NCBI RefSeq assembly: GCF_036321535.1
Contig: NC_087436.1
Span: 7,006,001-7,070,000, forward strand
Source of the DNA: Camelus dromedarius
Lineage: Eukaryota
DNA: 64,000 bases
Reading direction: 5' to 3'
Under the pieces are notes generated by a model, which saw only the letters and a list, made by a program, of their open reading frames with translations, had not been told where the DNA came from and ran no database searches. How positions within the stretch are numbered: the stretch's first letter is position 1; each line of letters starts with the position of its first letter. This document shows positions 37,100 to 50,034 of this stretch, piece after piece. The position numbers and the translations under genes were made by a program.

Positions 37100-37760
37100 C
37101 GTTGCTTTGAGTCCTCGTTCTGAGGTTGACTAACTTTGCAACTGTAGGCAAGTCGTTTAACTTTGTGAAGTTTGTTTTCTCGATTCGAAGTGGAGATCAC
37201 AATCACAGTGCTAGCCCCTCTCACCATGTTGTTTTGAAGGTTATTAATGATTGCAGTAATAGTTACATTATTTTGCTAAATGCTTTACGTGTATTATTTT
37301 CTCCAGTCATCAAAACAATACTAGGGGAGTTCAGGTATTTGAGCACAAACTGCCTGTCCTTGCTTGGCCCTGCAATGAACCTTTCTCTGCTCTAAAAACA
37401 GAGCAAAACAAAAACAAAAACAAAAGCTAGGAACAAAATGAGATTTTCTGCATTTGGCACATGAAAAACTTGAGGTTTAAATAAGGAAAATATAAAAAGG
37501 GTTAAAGTTTTCAGAGTCTTTTTGCAAACTGTAAAGCCTATGTGACTGTCAGTTATTGACGTTAGATTATGACATCCAGGGTCAGTCACACGTGGCGTAG
37601 GGTCCTGCCCCTTCCTTGTAGCTGTGTGGCATCAAGCAGATTACTTAAATGTTCTGGACCAGTTTTCCTAGTCCACAGAGCGCTGTTGGTGATGCCTACT
37701 TCATAGAGTGTTTGTGGGGATTCCACACCTGGGGCAGGGGCTGACACACTATAGCTTCCA
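37100..37760. mobile_element. MIR fragments
   Basis: ggcaagtcgtttaactt…gttttctc and gcagattacttaaat…cagttttcct…cctacttcatagagt motifs. Confidence 0.55.
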
Positions 37761-38092
37761 TGAGTTAGATTCCTGATTTTCAATCAGAGGGTTTCCCCTT
37801 TTTGGTTTTCAAGCAGAATGTTGACCATGGTTCAGAGATGTGTTTTTCTTTCTCTAATTTCAAGTTCATAGAACATGATTGAACATCTTGGATCGATGAT
37901 GGTCGGCTTTACCATCCATCATTGACTTTTTTTTTCAAATTGGTACTGGTTTTCAGAATAGCTCATAAAAGATCACAGTTGCTAAGAAAAATGCCTATTA
38001 AATTTTTCACAAGTACTTTAAAAATGTTCCCCACTTATTAAGTGATTTTGTGCAAGCAGAGCTGCTTAGTAAGACCTGTCTTTGTAGTCATT

Positions 38093-38094
<2 letters not shown>

Positions 38095-38138
<44 letters not shown>
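38095..38138. repeat. (GT)22 microsatellite
   Basis: Directly visible. Confidence 0.97.
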
Positions 38139-38142
<4 letters not shown>

Positions 38143-40145
38143 AAGGAGGTATTTTTAGATAGTTTAGCTGAACAGCAATCTGACGTCTTTAGAGGAGACA
38201 TCAGTTCATTATGTGGATACAAATTCTATGCTTTCAGCTTTTATACACCAAGTCTTAATTTAAATCTGTTCTTCTTGCCGTTTCTAACGAAAGAGGCTAT
38301 CATGGTATGTATTCTGTTTCTTCCTAGGGCTGGCCTTTCTGGTTAACCTTTGCTTAGAGAACCGAGCAAGGTAGAAATGCCTTTATCTGCTCACAACTTA
38401 ATATAGATTATAGAAGCACGGAATTTGGGGTCCTATTTAAATATGCCACGATGCATTATGCTCCACAGCGTTTTTCTGTTGCGACGTGATTCCGGGGATT
38501 TAAAATAGTCATTATGGGGTTCCTAAAGGCTGCTTGCTTATAAGAAGAGCAATTTAAAGGCCAGGATGTGGGAATTCTGTACCTCTTTACTGTACATATT
38601 GCTTTATCGGTTCAAAAAATGCCTTTTGCTTCGTGAAAAGATAATTTAATGCTGAGCATGTAAGAGGAACGTGGTCATTTGCTTTCTTGTTGCTCTAGAC
38701 ACAGTGTTACATATTAAGTTACGATAATATTTTCTTTCATCTGTTTTTTTTTTTTTTTTCCACCTCTTTTAAAATTCTAGGAAAAAAAGCTCTTGCAGCT
38801 TTAAGCAAATTAATGTTACTGGTCGGTGACACTTGTTTTCACCAAAGGATGCCTTCGCTTAATCATAAGCATAGAACTCACATGTTTGTTTTTCTAATTT
38901 TACTACAGCTAATCTGGGGGAAATAATCGTGTACAGGTTCAAAAGGGTTTTTAAAAATTGATTTTCAAAAATGTTCTCTCTTCATTTCCCCAAATTTAAA
39001 ATTTGTGTCTGCTTCATGTCAGGATGTCAAAGCTTGAGTGAAAACTTTTGTTATTCCTTCAAACGTGTTATCTGCACGGTGTGAAGCATCCGGGGTTTGA
39101 AGCTTGGTTCGTCATTTTTAATTCAGTTGTTTGATGATGTGTGAATCCACTGGGATTCGAGTGATATTTTAACGACTGCAGTGGAATTTTCTTCGTATTT
39201 TCCCTTATTTTGTAAACGTGCAGTATTATCACGGAGAGGAGTTGTTAGCCTCCAGAAAGACATCATCTTGGAGAGTCAGGTGGATAATGGGCATCTGTCC
39301 AAGGATGCTGAGAGCTTTCATTCTTCAAGAGGAGAACAATAAGGAACAGACACATAGACGTTGGAAGGGTCCGACAAGACATTTTTGTAGTGAGAAAAAC
39401 AGAGGAAATCCTAACGCCCTGACATTTTTAAAAAAACCCTTTCTTGTTCTTAAAAATTAGTGGTGTTATGTAACCATTTAAGAATTTAGCTGAAGCCTGA
39501 TATTAAGTGACTCAGATTCCCAGCTCCTCGGTGACGCTTCTCCGCTGCGCGATCCAAGCAGTTGGCAGATTCTTCAGCCATGAGTTCATGCTCCCTCCCC
39601 CCAAAATTCACATGCAGGAAAAATTGAGAATCAGTGCCAGAAGAGGTGTTAGCTCCAAAATTCTTACGTGCTAAGTGTAACATATTTTATGTTAGGCTGT
39701 TTCTCAGTGAAATCATATATATTTCAATTTTAAAAAGTGACCAACTTCTGGCTGAAGTTTCTTTACTGGGAAGGGGCATCAGAGCTCCCAAACCTGGTGT
39801 GTTGGCTCCTCTTCCGGCTTCCCATAGCAAGTCCACCAGAATGGCCATTCTTGCTCCAGAACTATTTGCCCCAGATGAGCTAGGAGAGTCCCTGCTGCCC
39901 TTCTCTGACACAGGAGCGCACCGACCTGATCAGCTTAACCTCGTCGCCCAAGTGTTCCCTTGTCTCCCCGCCGACTTGGAGGGGGACACTTCCATAGCGT
40001 CTTCTTACACACATCACCCCAAGGAGCCTCCAGGAATTGTGAAGTTGAACACTTCCAGAATTTTTCCTAAGGTACCTAGTAACTAACCACCCTAAGGTGG
40101 ATTTGGGTTAGAAATACTTAGGATGTAGTTAGCTGTTCCTCCCTG

Positions 40146-40151
40146 GCACGT

Positions 40152-40190
<39 letters not shown>
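40146..40190. repeat. (GC)n(AC)n alternating purine-pyrimidine tract
   Basis: gcacgtgcgtgcgcgcgcgcacacacac…. Confidence 0.95.
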
Positions 40191-41097
40191 GCCAGTCATG
40201 TGCACTGAGATTAGTGAAGCAGTGTCCCTGTGGGGGTATGAACTACCTGACTTCTCAGGTGCTCATTCAGATCCATACCCCTTACCCCCTTTCCTGCATT
40301 AAAGGTGATCACATCTTACTTTTTTGTTGTCCGTTCACTTCAGAACATCTTAGAGATCTGACCCATCGGTGACTGGGATATATGGAATGTATAGAATTCT
40401 TGGCAAGTGTGTAGCATATCAGCTTTCCCATCCTTACACCTCGGAAGCCAGTTATTCACTTTGGAATGAAAGGTGTCTCTCAATTTACTCTCTCTGCCTG
40501 GACCAGAGATTGTTTTTCCACCTTCGATACTTTTCATTTTTCCTTCTCCAGTTTTCCGTAATTGGAATATGTTTCTCATCCCCCAGTTTCCCATAATTGG
40601 TAGACTACATTAAATAAGCCCCATTCAGTCATATGTGAAGGCACACATATATCTACTTTGATATGAAGACAGCTGGTTTAATGCATCAGAGGATAACAGA
40701 GAAGACCATGGCCTTCGAGGGAAGACCTCTGGTTTGCCTGACGTGGTTTGTTATCGGTGTCTTGGTTACTCTTTAGTTTGTCTTGGTTCTGGTCTTTAAG
40801 TGAGTCCCACGAATTGAGATGTAAAAAGAAGTAGCTTTCTATCTGCGGGGGTTTGCTAATCCTGTTGATAAAATTGAAAGCGTGGAGGAGCAGACTTTAT
40901 TTACGGAGGCCCCTGTCCAGTGGCGCACATCTAGCCAAGTTCGTCTCACCTGGACTTTTATTAGGTTTATACGTGAGGAGGAGGTGCTAGGTATTTCTCA
41001 CATTCTTTAAGAGAGTCTATGAGCCAAATCAGAGAAGTTGAAGCAAACTTTACTTTAAAATATAAATGAGTTCTATTATTCATTCCTCTGGGGCTAC

Positions 41098-41230
41098 TTT
41101 TTTTCAAGGGGTGGGTAGGTAATTAGGTTTGTTTGTTTGTTTGTTTATTTATTTAATGGCAGCACTGGAGATTGAACGAAGAACCCTCATGCATGCTAAG
41201 CACACACTCTACCACTGACCTATATCCCCA
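41098..41230 (-). mobile_element. tRNA-Ala-derived SINE (Vic-1-type), long form
   Basis: GGTAATTAGG, (GTTT)n and a diverged reverse-complement tRNA head (…gcatgctaagcacacactctaccactga…). Confidence 0.87.
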
Positions 41231-41552
41231 ACTACGTTGTTTTTTTGTTTTTGTTTTTGTTTTTGCTAGTATGTATCTAACACCTTTACATTAATGGCTT
41301 AGCTCAAGAGAACAGAAAACTCGAGACCTTCTACCTCTTATGACCCATCTGTTTGTTGACTTCAAGAATCATCACCCCATCACAGTATACAGCAAAATAT
41401 CCTCTTCATTATCATAATCATCTCGATCATCATTTATTATTATTTTTGTATATATTAACCTGGAAGCACTTAATGAGAAAACTTTTACAATGTTTTTACC
41501 CCAAAACCAGACATCCATTGTTTGATTCTCATGAAATCCAAGACTGTGTATT

Positions 41553-41660
41553 CCAAAAGAATATGAAAACGAATGTATGTATGTATATGGATGACTGGGA
41601 CACAGTGCTGTACCCCAGAAATTGACACATTGTAACTGAGTGTACCTCAATTAAAAAAAA
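41553..41660 (+). mobile_element. 5'-truncated L1 3' terminus
   Basis: aaaagaatatgaaaacgaatgtatgtatg…gctgtaccccagaaattgacacattgtaactgagtgtacctcaattaaaaaaaa. Confidence 0.82.
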
Positions 41661-41929
41661 TTCCATTGCCCACAAGATACCATGACATGGATGTCGTCAG
41701 CTTGGATTTGACGTGGCTAACATATAATTTCCGAGTGCTCCACAGGCACCACCAAAAACATAAACCCAACCAACCACACAGGCACCGAACCCTTAGGGTC
41801 CTCCAGTTCTCCCCCTTTCCCCATCCTTGGCATTACCATCTATTAAGTATTAAAGCCCCAAACCTACGGATCTTCTGTGGTCCTTCAGGTTGCCCCGGGC
41901 TCCGTGTTCCTCGGCAAGTCTTGTTTGTT

Positions 41930-42615
41930 CCTCCGTCCTCAGCCTGAGTTCCTTGTCCTCCCGCCACCTCCGTGATTGCCAGCATCATCTTCTCGCCTGG
42001 GCCGGTGCCAGGGACTCCTGGCACTTGCCTTCTCCACGCCATTCTTCCCACAGCAACCCAGCTTATGCTAAAAATTAGGAACTGGACTGTGTCATTTCTT
42101 TGAAAACCTTCCAGCCACTTGGCATAAAATCTGCACCCCCTGCAGAGCTGTGCACGACTGGTTTCATCTTCCCTGCTCTCCTGCCCCACCCCCATGCCTT
42201 GACCTTCCTTTGGTTCATTTAACAGACCAAGCCGTGCGGTCTTCCCACTAGTTGGGGTTTTTTTGGGTTTTTTTTGGTTTTGGTTTTGGGTTTTTTGCAC
42301 CTAAATTCAGTCTTCTGTGACCTTCACCTGACTGGCTCCTTGACCCTCAGATCCCTGGTCCGGCAGGCCACTTCAGAGTAGCCACTCACGCATTTCTGTT
42401 ACACCACATACTAAAAATTAATCGGTCAGGCGTTTATGATGATCTTTATGTTCTTGTTGTTTATGCTTTTACTGCTTATGTATTACGTCTCTCCCCATTG
42501 TAACGTAAGCCTCCCGAGAGGAGAGACTCCATCTGTGACATTCAGCACTTTATCTGGAGCGTCTAGAATATGTTTACCATGCAAAAGCCATTTAATAAGC
42601 ATTTACTGAATGTGT
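41930..42615. mobile_element. L2 3' region
   Basis: tgtaagcctcccgagagg…tctagaat…taataagcatttactgaatg, the L2 terminal motif. Confidence 0.6.
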
Positions 42616-44032
42616 GATGAGTTGAGGTAATAAAAAGTACAGTGGTGCAGACATAGGCAGACATCAGAATGAGCACATCCCTGTTTCACCTGGGGAAGGT
42701 TTTTCTCCCAACGCCTAGATAAACTTAGATGAAATTGGGTAGGGCATGAAGACTAAGGGCGGTAAGGAGCTAGCCGCCACCCACCCCCGACTATTTACAT
42801 TAGCAACCCCAAGGATAAATTAGGATTAACGTGATTAATTATCAGAATTTTGTTATGAGTCATGTAATTCTTTAACATTTACATAAAATACGGAAATAAA
42901 TATTATTCACCTAGGCAGCAAAAAATTTCTGGCACAAGCTGGCTAGGGATTTTGGATGCTATGAAGTTTTAGACATTCAGACATTCTGTTTAGAAAGAAT
43001 ATCAATATGGATTATGTGGAAGGTCAGACTGCATTTGAAGGCCTTGCGTGTAATTCAAGGCCAAAACCTGGCAAATAAAGGTGCTTGCCTGTGTCCTTAC
43101 GTGGCGGGACCCCGACCCTCTAGCATCATGAAAGTTACATGCGCTTCTAGAAGCAATTGTTGTAATATACGTAAATTGTGGAATTGGGGTTAAAATTCAT
43201 CTTGTGTTAATTATGGTTTCCACAGCATAATAGATCACTAGCGATGAACTCCAGGTTGCTTTCCCTTGTAGTATTTTCTTCAGAATACTTGTTAAAAATA
43301 TTAATGCAACAGTTTACATTGTAGATAATTTGGAAACTATTCAAATTAATTTTTTTTCTGTTACATGAAAGCACAGTCTGGATTCTAGTTTTAACAGTGC
43401 CATTCCTAGTTCACTTTTCTCAACGTGGTTCCACAGTCATGAAATAAGATTATGCTAAATGAATCCCTGAAAGTCCTTCAGGTCTGTAGTGGTGCTTTTA
43501 TACCCAGACTGTCACTTGCACAGCGCTTTACGTTACTAGGGCTCTTTCCCAGTGGCTCTCCAGTCTCAGATCTGTCTTGTGAGGCGGGTAGGACGGACCT
43601 TGCTGCGTCTACACTGGTGAGGACACTGAGCTACAAAGGAAGCAAAATGATTTTCGTGTGTCACGCAAACCACTTGGAACTAGTCGTGTAGTTTTTCCAC
43701 AATTTCATATGATAATTTATGACCTCCTGATGCCAATCGCTGGTTAGGTATTTGGTCAAAATAAATATTCATTTTGTTAGAATATTGAATACATTTGCAC
43801 TCTGTAATAACTTGAGTGTTTTTATCATCTGACTTCTTGTTCCTCAGAGACTTGGTCAGGCACCCGCATGATTAACAGGAGGCCAGAACTAACTACTGGA
43901 GTGTTGTAGCAATCATGACATAACCAGCCACCCTCATGGTACTTCATACAGACGGGATTTTTATCTTTTGAGAAAGTTGAACAGTTGATTACAGAGGCCC
44001 CTCTAGGTACCATCAGGGTTTCCTTTTCTCCA

Positions 44033-44736
44033 TTTTTTTTTTATTGAAGTTTAGTCAGTTTACAATGTTGTGTCAATTTCTGGCGTACAGCATCATATTT
44101 CAGTCATATATATATATACATATATTTGTTTTCATATTTTTCATTCTAGGTTACTACAAGATACTGAATATATTTCCCTGTGCTATACAGTATGAACTTG
44201 TTGTTTAGCTGTTTTATATATAGTAGTTAGTATCTGCAAATCTCAAACTCCCAATTTATCCCTCCCCACCCCCTTTACCCCCTGGGAGCCTTAAGTTTTC
44301 TATGTCTGTGAGTCTGTCTCTGTTTTGTAAATAAGTTCATTTGTGTCTTTTCTTTTTTAGATTCCACATATGAGTGGTATCATATGATATATTTTTTTCT
44401 CTGTCTGACTTACTTCACTTAGAATGATAATCTCCAGGCCCATCCATGTTGCTGCAAATGGCATCCGTTTATTCTTTTTTATGACTGAGTAGTATTCCAT
44501 TGTGCAAATATACCACAGCTTCTTTATCCAGTCATCTGTCGATGGACGTTTAGGCTGTTTCCATGTCTTGGCTATTGTAAATAGTGCTGCTGTGAACATT
44601 GGGGTGCAGGTGTCTTTTTGAGTTAGGGTTCCCTCTGGACATACACCCAGGAGTGGGATTGCTGGGTCATAGGGTGAGTCTACTTTTAGTTTCTTGAGGA
44701 ATCCCCATACTGTTCTCCATAATGGCTGGACCAAAC
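44033..44736 (-). mobile_element. Lineage-specific L1, 5'-truncated (3' UTR plus ORF2 C-terminus)
   Basis: ORF 44357..44833 (−) contains LVQPLWRTVWGFLKKLK…PYDPAIPLLG…CTPMFTAALFTIAKTWKQPK…WIKKLWYI, the L1 ORF2p C-terminus; poly(T) and TTTATT at the left end. Confidence 0.95.
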
Positions 44737-45140
44737 AGATTAGATTTTGAAAGTCCATCATTAGTGTGTTTGCTGTGGTCCTGAGGGCACACCTCACTCC
44801 CTCCTTCCTGACGTGTCTCCCCCACCACCCCAACAGAAGGATTTATAAAGCATCTTTGGGTCGTGTTAATTGCCCAGTGGCTGCATTGCCTACTTTTCAG
44901 TAGGATTGGCTCCTCCAACTCTGAGCTCCTTTGTCCTCTCTCCCCTCGGCCGTCCTCACTCTCCTGCCCTCCAGTTACCTTGACCTTCTCCAGCTTCCTG
45001 AGCACCCTCTGCTCTCCTCCCTAAGGGCTGGCGCCCTCTGTTCCTCCCATCTGTAGAGCTTGCCCCCAGATCTCTGGCTGGGTCCTTTGTGTTTATTCAC
45101 CTCCCATCTCAAATGTCCCTCACTCAGTCCCAGGTGCCTA

Positions 45141-45334
45141 GTCTAAGACGGCCCCACTCCCCCAACCACACCGTCCACTACGTCTCCCACCTTTATTGTC
45201 TCTGAGCTACCGACTGACACCTGCATCTCTGAACTACCAACTGACACCTGGTCTAAGACGGCCCCCCTCCCCCAACCACACCGTCCACTACGTCTCCCAC
45301 CTTTATTGTCTCTCAGCTACCGACTGACACCTGC
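45141..45334. repeat. Local duplication: two 84-nt copies (45141-45224, 45251-45334) separated by a third partial copy
   Basis: Both copies start GTCTAAGACGG and end GACTGACACCTGC and differ at 2 positions. The spacer 45226-45250 repeats the last 25 nt. Confidence 0.95.
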
Positions 45335-48056
45335 CTCATTGCTTGTTACCGAAGTCCTTGCCCGGGTAACTCGCTCCTATAGCAGGACCTGGTCACGGCG
45401 GCAGGTCAGTAAATACTTGACCAGTAATTCAGTAGACGAATGAATCTGACAGTCCTGAGAGAGTTCAGACATCCTTCCGCTGCCAGGCGCCTCTTTTGGA
45501 ATCTGCAGACAGGAAACAAACATTTTTGAGTCCAGAGGTTTTGTCCTCAACTCTTTTTGCCCTGAGGAACTTGTAGGAAACGCAGACAAAACACACCGCT
45601 TAGCTCCAGTTACTGTTAGCCTCGGTTCGGCACAGCCTCGCCCTTCTTCCCCTGTCCATCCTCTTGTCACTTTATTCCGGCATCCTCCCTGCAGCTGCCA
45701 GTAAGAAGGAGTGAGCACGGCACTGGGAGGGCAGAGACAGCCCCAGCTGGTCCTCTCTCAGCCCCTTGGCTCTGCACGGGGCCAGGAGCTCAGAGAGTGG
45801 TGTATTTGTTAATCACTGTTTCAGGCACTCTGAGGAAGGAGGGGGCGGGGGCGAGGCAGACCTGCTCCCTTTTGGACCCCCCACCCCCACCCAGGGAAGG
45901 TTTTGGGCTGTGAGATCAGCAGCTGCTGCAAGCTGTGCTCAGGGTCTGGGTGACACTGGTGCGTCTGATGACAAGATCGTCCCCTCCAGGAGGGGGTTGG
46001 AGAGTGAGCCAGTCCCCAGGAGGGAGCAATGACACAGGAGAGGGGGACAGAGCAGACGCTGTGAACAGCCACAAAGAGCTTCCTCTGCCTGGTGCCGAGC
46101 CTGAGGGTCGGGAGGTGAGTCAGGCTCAGGAGGAGAGGGGGGGCGCGGCAGGGGGGTGCGAGCTTTTCCCTGACGGTGGAGAGTCTGCTGAGACTCTTGG
46201 CAGGGGACTGACATGATCTGGGCTGAGTTTTCTATCACTCTGGACATTTACTCTGCTCCCACCTGGAGACGAGATGGAAGGAGAAGTAAGAGACTGTCGC
46301 AAGAAGCCAGCTGGGGCAGCAGCCGGGTGGTGGCCTCAGAGCTGAGTGGGGCGATACCTGCAAATCCCCCATCAGAGTCTCTGTGCACAGTGGGAGCTTG
46401 CTTAGTTTTACAAGTTCTCGTTTTTGCTGAAGGTGAATTGAGGCTGTGTGACTTCTGGCTGTGGCAGATAAACTGTATATATCTGAAGACACTGTCAGGT
46501 TGTTAGTGCTGTGTGTGTGTGTACACGTGCTCACCCGCACCAACGATGCCCAAGATTGTATTAACCCAGTTACAAGAGCGCCTCACCCCATGTACACTGA
46601 CCAGTGCTCTTCTGTTCCCCTGCTTTGAACTTGAGATAAGAAAGTAATGTGCATACACATACACATTTAGCAGAAAAGTTCTGGGAAAGTAGTTGACGTT
46701 TGTGGAAAGTCAAAGCTGGACGGAGTGACAGAATTCGAGATGTTGGTGTTTATTTAGGAAGACTGAGCTTCCTTAGAGAGTTGCTCGATTAATGATGCAA
46801 ATGAATCTTTGCAGATGACTGAGAAGGTCAGGAAAAGAGCTGGAGCGTTGACAGGAGTGGGAGTGTTAGGAAAGAGTCTCCGTACATGGAAACACGCGCT
46901 TGGCTGTGTCTCAGTCATTCATACTGTTCACCTGGCAATACGGGGCTGCCGCTGACCGGTGTAAACAAGCAAACAACAAAGGAAAGATGAAGGGAGAGGA
47001 AAACCGTCCAGGCTTCACGCAGTCTGTGCAGGATGTGTCTTCACTGGCCCTGAGTAATGACTAATGTGACACTAATGTCCAGTCCATTCTCGCCCGGTGC
47101 CCTCCAGACCCAGCTGGAACAGTGAAGTGGCCTGGTGGGGCAGAGCGGACACAGAAAGTCCCTGAAAACAAACATGGAATTAAATGTCTTCTCGTTGGAG
47201 TCCTTGGAGATGAATGCTAAAATGAACATCTTTATCACGGAAGCAAAAGGCAAAACTGATATACCAGATACATAAAATTAATACCTACTATTTTTGTTAG
47301 TCACTTAAGAGGGATAACGTCTAATTATTTCTCGATTTAAAGATTATTGTCTAGCTAAGTTGTAAGACTCATCCCTAGAAAGTGGCCGTTGTGTAGTGTT
47401 CGAGCGAAACCTGGAACCAGTGCAGGCAGAATCTGAGGTGTCATTTAGAATCTAGGCAGTTTCTTTCCTCTGTGTGTGTATGTCTCATATGTAAGAGGTG
47501 TAGGGTAGGATTTTCCATAAATAAAGTTAACGGCTGGTATTCCCATAAACCACCACTTAGACACAGCCTCACAGTCGGGTCACTGCCCAGCATACATCCA
47601 GCAAGACCGGCCATGATGCTCTTGTTTGCTGATGGCCTCTTGGTACAAGTTGTAATACACATCTTTTTTCAATTTAAGTTATGTGGAATTACTGTCAAAT
47701 AGTTCTCAAAAAAGTAGCATATCTCTACATTAAACATTTAAGAACAGTGTTTTAAATGCACGATGCAGACATCATGAGTGCTCAGAACCCTCCAGTCTCT
47801 CCATCTCACTCCTAGTAAAATCCAGAGCCGTCACCTAATTCCCTATGGTCTTCCCAGAGCTGGTACCGACCTGGCTATTCTTAAAATATACCAAGGCCGC
47901 CGTGCCTTTGACCTTTGCCCTCAATGTCCTTGAACGTGCAGTGCCGGTTTCCTTGTGTGCACCTGCAGGGTAGACGCATTCGCTCCCTTGAGGTCTTTAC
48001 TCAAATGACGCCTTGGCAATGAAACCTTCCACCCTCTGTATCCTTTATCCTATTCA

Positions 48057-48354
48057 TTTCTTTTCTTTTTTTTTCACTTTTATTAGGTAGAATTTAACAG
48101 TTTGACTGGACATATATGTTATATTGCATGTAAATACATATATACAATATACTGCACATTTTTTTAGTTTACAATGTGTACTGATCACTGTTTCTAAGAA
48201 CAGATAGAGCTTTAGCTTTTTAAGCTTACATAGTTATCAAAGGAATGTAGCCAACCACAAAATAAGAATCAACAAGAATGCAATAATCCAATCATAAAGG
48301 ACAGTCAAATTGTGCTTACACATATTCAAGAAATCAATCATCTAAGTTATAAAT
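48057..48354 (-). pseudogene. Probable retrocopied cellular mRNA 3' UTR end (AATAAA plus poly(A)) fused to the L1 fragment
   Basis: Poly(T) at 48057-48074 and TTTATT at 48079-48084, followed by ~270 nt of AT-rich non-repeat sequence in place of the L1 3' end. Confidence 0.55.
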
Positions 48355-48379
48355 AATAAGTAGTTCATTTGTGTCCCAT

Positions 48380-48414
<35 letters not shown>

Positions 48415-48820
48415 CTTAGGTTCCACATGTAGGTGATATCATATGGTATTTTTCTTTCTCTTTCTGGCTTATTTCCCTTAAAATGACGATTTTCAGGTCC
48501 ATTCATGTTGCTGCAAATGGCATTATTTTATTCTTTTTTATGGCTGAGTAGTGTTCCATTGTATAAATACACCACGGCTTCTTTATCCAGTCACCTATTG
48601 ATGGATATTTGGGTTGTTTCTATATCTTGGCTATTGTAAACAGTGCTGCTATGAACACTGAGGGGCATGTGTCTTTGAGTTTTATTTTTCTCCGGGTATA
48701 TGCCCAGGAGTGGGATTGCTGATCACATGGTAAGTTTATTTTTAGTTTTTTAAGGAGCCTCCATACTGTCCTCCATAGTGGCTGCACCAAACTACATTCC
48801 CACCACCAGTGTAGGAAGGC
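48355..48820 (-). mobile_element. L1 fragment (ORF2 C-terminus/start of 3' UTR) with internal (TTTA)n, lacking the normal L1 terminus
   Basis: ORF 48620..49066 (−) has HWWWECSLVQPLWRTVWRLLKKLK; the DNA is homologous to 44330-44736. Confidence 0.92.
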
Positions 48821-49518
48821 TGCTACTGCTTCAAACTGCTTCCCTCTGCGTGACGCGTTCCCATTTGTGTGACGGCCTCGCCTCCCTACCCCCAGCTTCC
48901 TACCCTCACGCACAGACGCTAGGGCAGGAAGTCTATGGAAGCAAGGATTTTGAGTGCATCCAAGTTTCTTCTTGGGGAGATAAAGTTTCATTACTTTCTG
49001 TTTTTCAGAACAGTACAGCATAAATTTCAATACAAGTATTTTTTCCCAAGCAATCAGTCTACTCAATGACTTCTTGAGTCCTCAAAATCAATTGACTCAG
49101 TAGGTGGTTTCTAGACTTAATTTTCCATTTAAACTCTTAGGCGGTACTTTTAGAGAACAAATACTTACTTTGGAAGCCTTATATTCCCATCACGTAATAT
49201 TTGCATCTTGAAATATGGGTAGATATCCGAGCTCTCCAGCCCACAGGGCACTGAACAAATCCAGATTTATTTTCTACTGTCTTTGCTTCATAAGGGCACT
49301 GTGCTTCTTAGCTGGTTTTGTCTTGAGGTTGTACAAAGAGCCCAGTGATTTTTTTTCATAAAATGTTTAGTCATCGTATTCCTTTGGCTTCGTGATGTGC
49401 TAGACTTGCCTCGGTTTGACACAAAGACAAAACATAAATATAACATATACTTTATAAATGTATGAAATGTAATGTATGTGTTATATAAAGTATGTGTGTA
49501 TATATGTGTTTGTGTAGA

Positions 49519-49520
<2 letters not shown>

Positions 49521-49562
<42 letters not shown>
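49521..49562. repeat. (GT)21 microsatellite
   Basis: Directly visible. Confidence 0.97.
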
Positions 49563-49565
<3 letters not shown>

Positions 49566-50034
49566 TACCTAGTAAAATGGTGTGATTGGAACTATCCCTT
49601 CAGGTGTTAACAGAGTATGAGACCGTTTTCTCATCTCATTATTGCATCTTAGATCTTTCCTGACTATGCAGTCACTCTGTCACATCAGTCTCTCTTAATC
49701 TTTGCTGAATGCAGTTCTTTATCACTGTTTGACAGTTTCCTTCACTATTCTTGTATTACTTGTCTCCGCTCATGAGTTGTAAGACCCCCGCAAGCAGGGA
49801 CTTCATCTTAATGTACTGCTGCCCTAGAAGCTGGGAGCGGTGCCTGGCATCCCGGCATCACGTGCGTTCGCAACACGCATTTGCCTGAATAAGTCACGGA
49901 GCTCTGATGTTTGCTTTATGCGAACTGCACACAGTCCTGCGCGGTCAGGATGTTATCAGAGCCCTCCCAACTTCTCCCTCAGGAATTCGGAATTCCACTG
50001 TGGACGATTTTTCACAAAGAGGTCACAAAGATGA

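Noticed and set aside
39634..40086. 150-aa + ORF and the other 60-157 aa ORFs in the track
   Set aside because: No recognisable domains, many non-ATG starts, often spanning repeats or microsatellites; consistent with random intronic ORFs.
44357..44833. 158-aa minus-strand ORF (also 19359..20072 and 48620..49066) as protein-coding genes
   Set aside because: These are truncated L1 ORF2p C-terminal remnants.
45141..45334. CRISPR-like repeat-spacer array
   Set aside because: Eukaryotic intron, only 2-3 units, the 'spacers' are themselves duplicated, and there are no cas genes.
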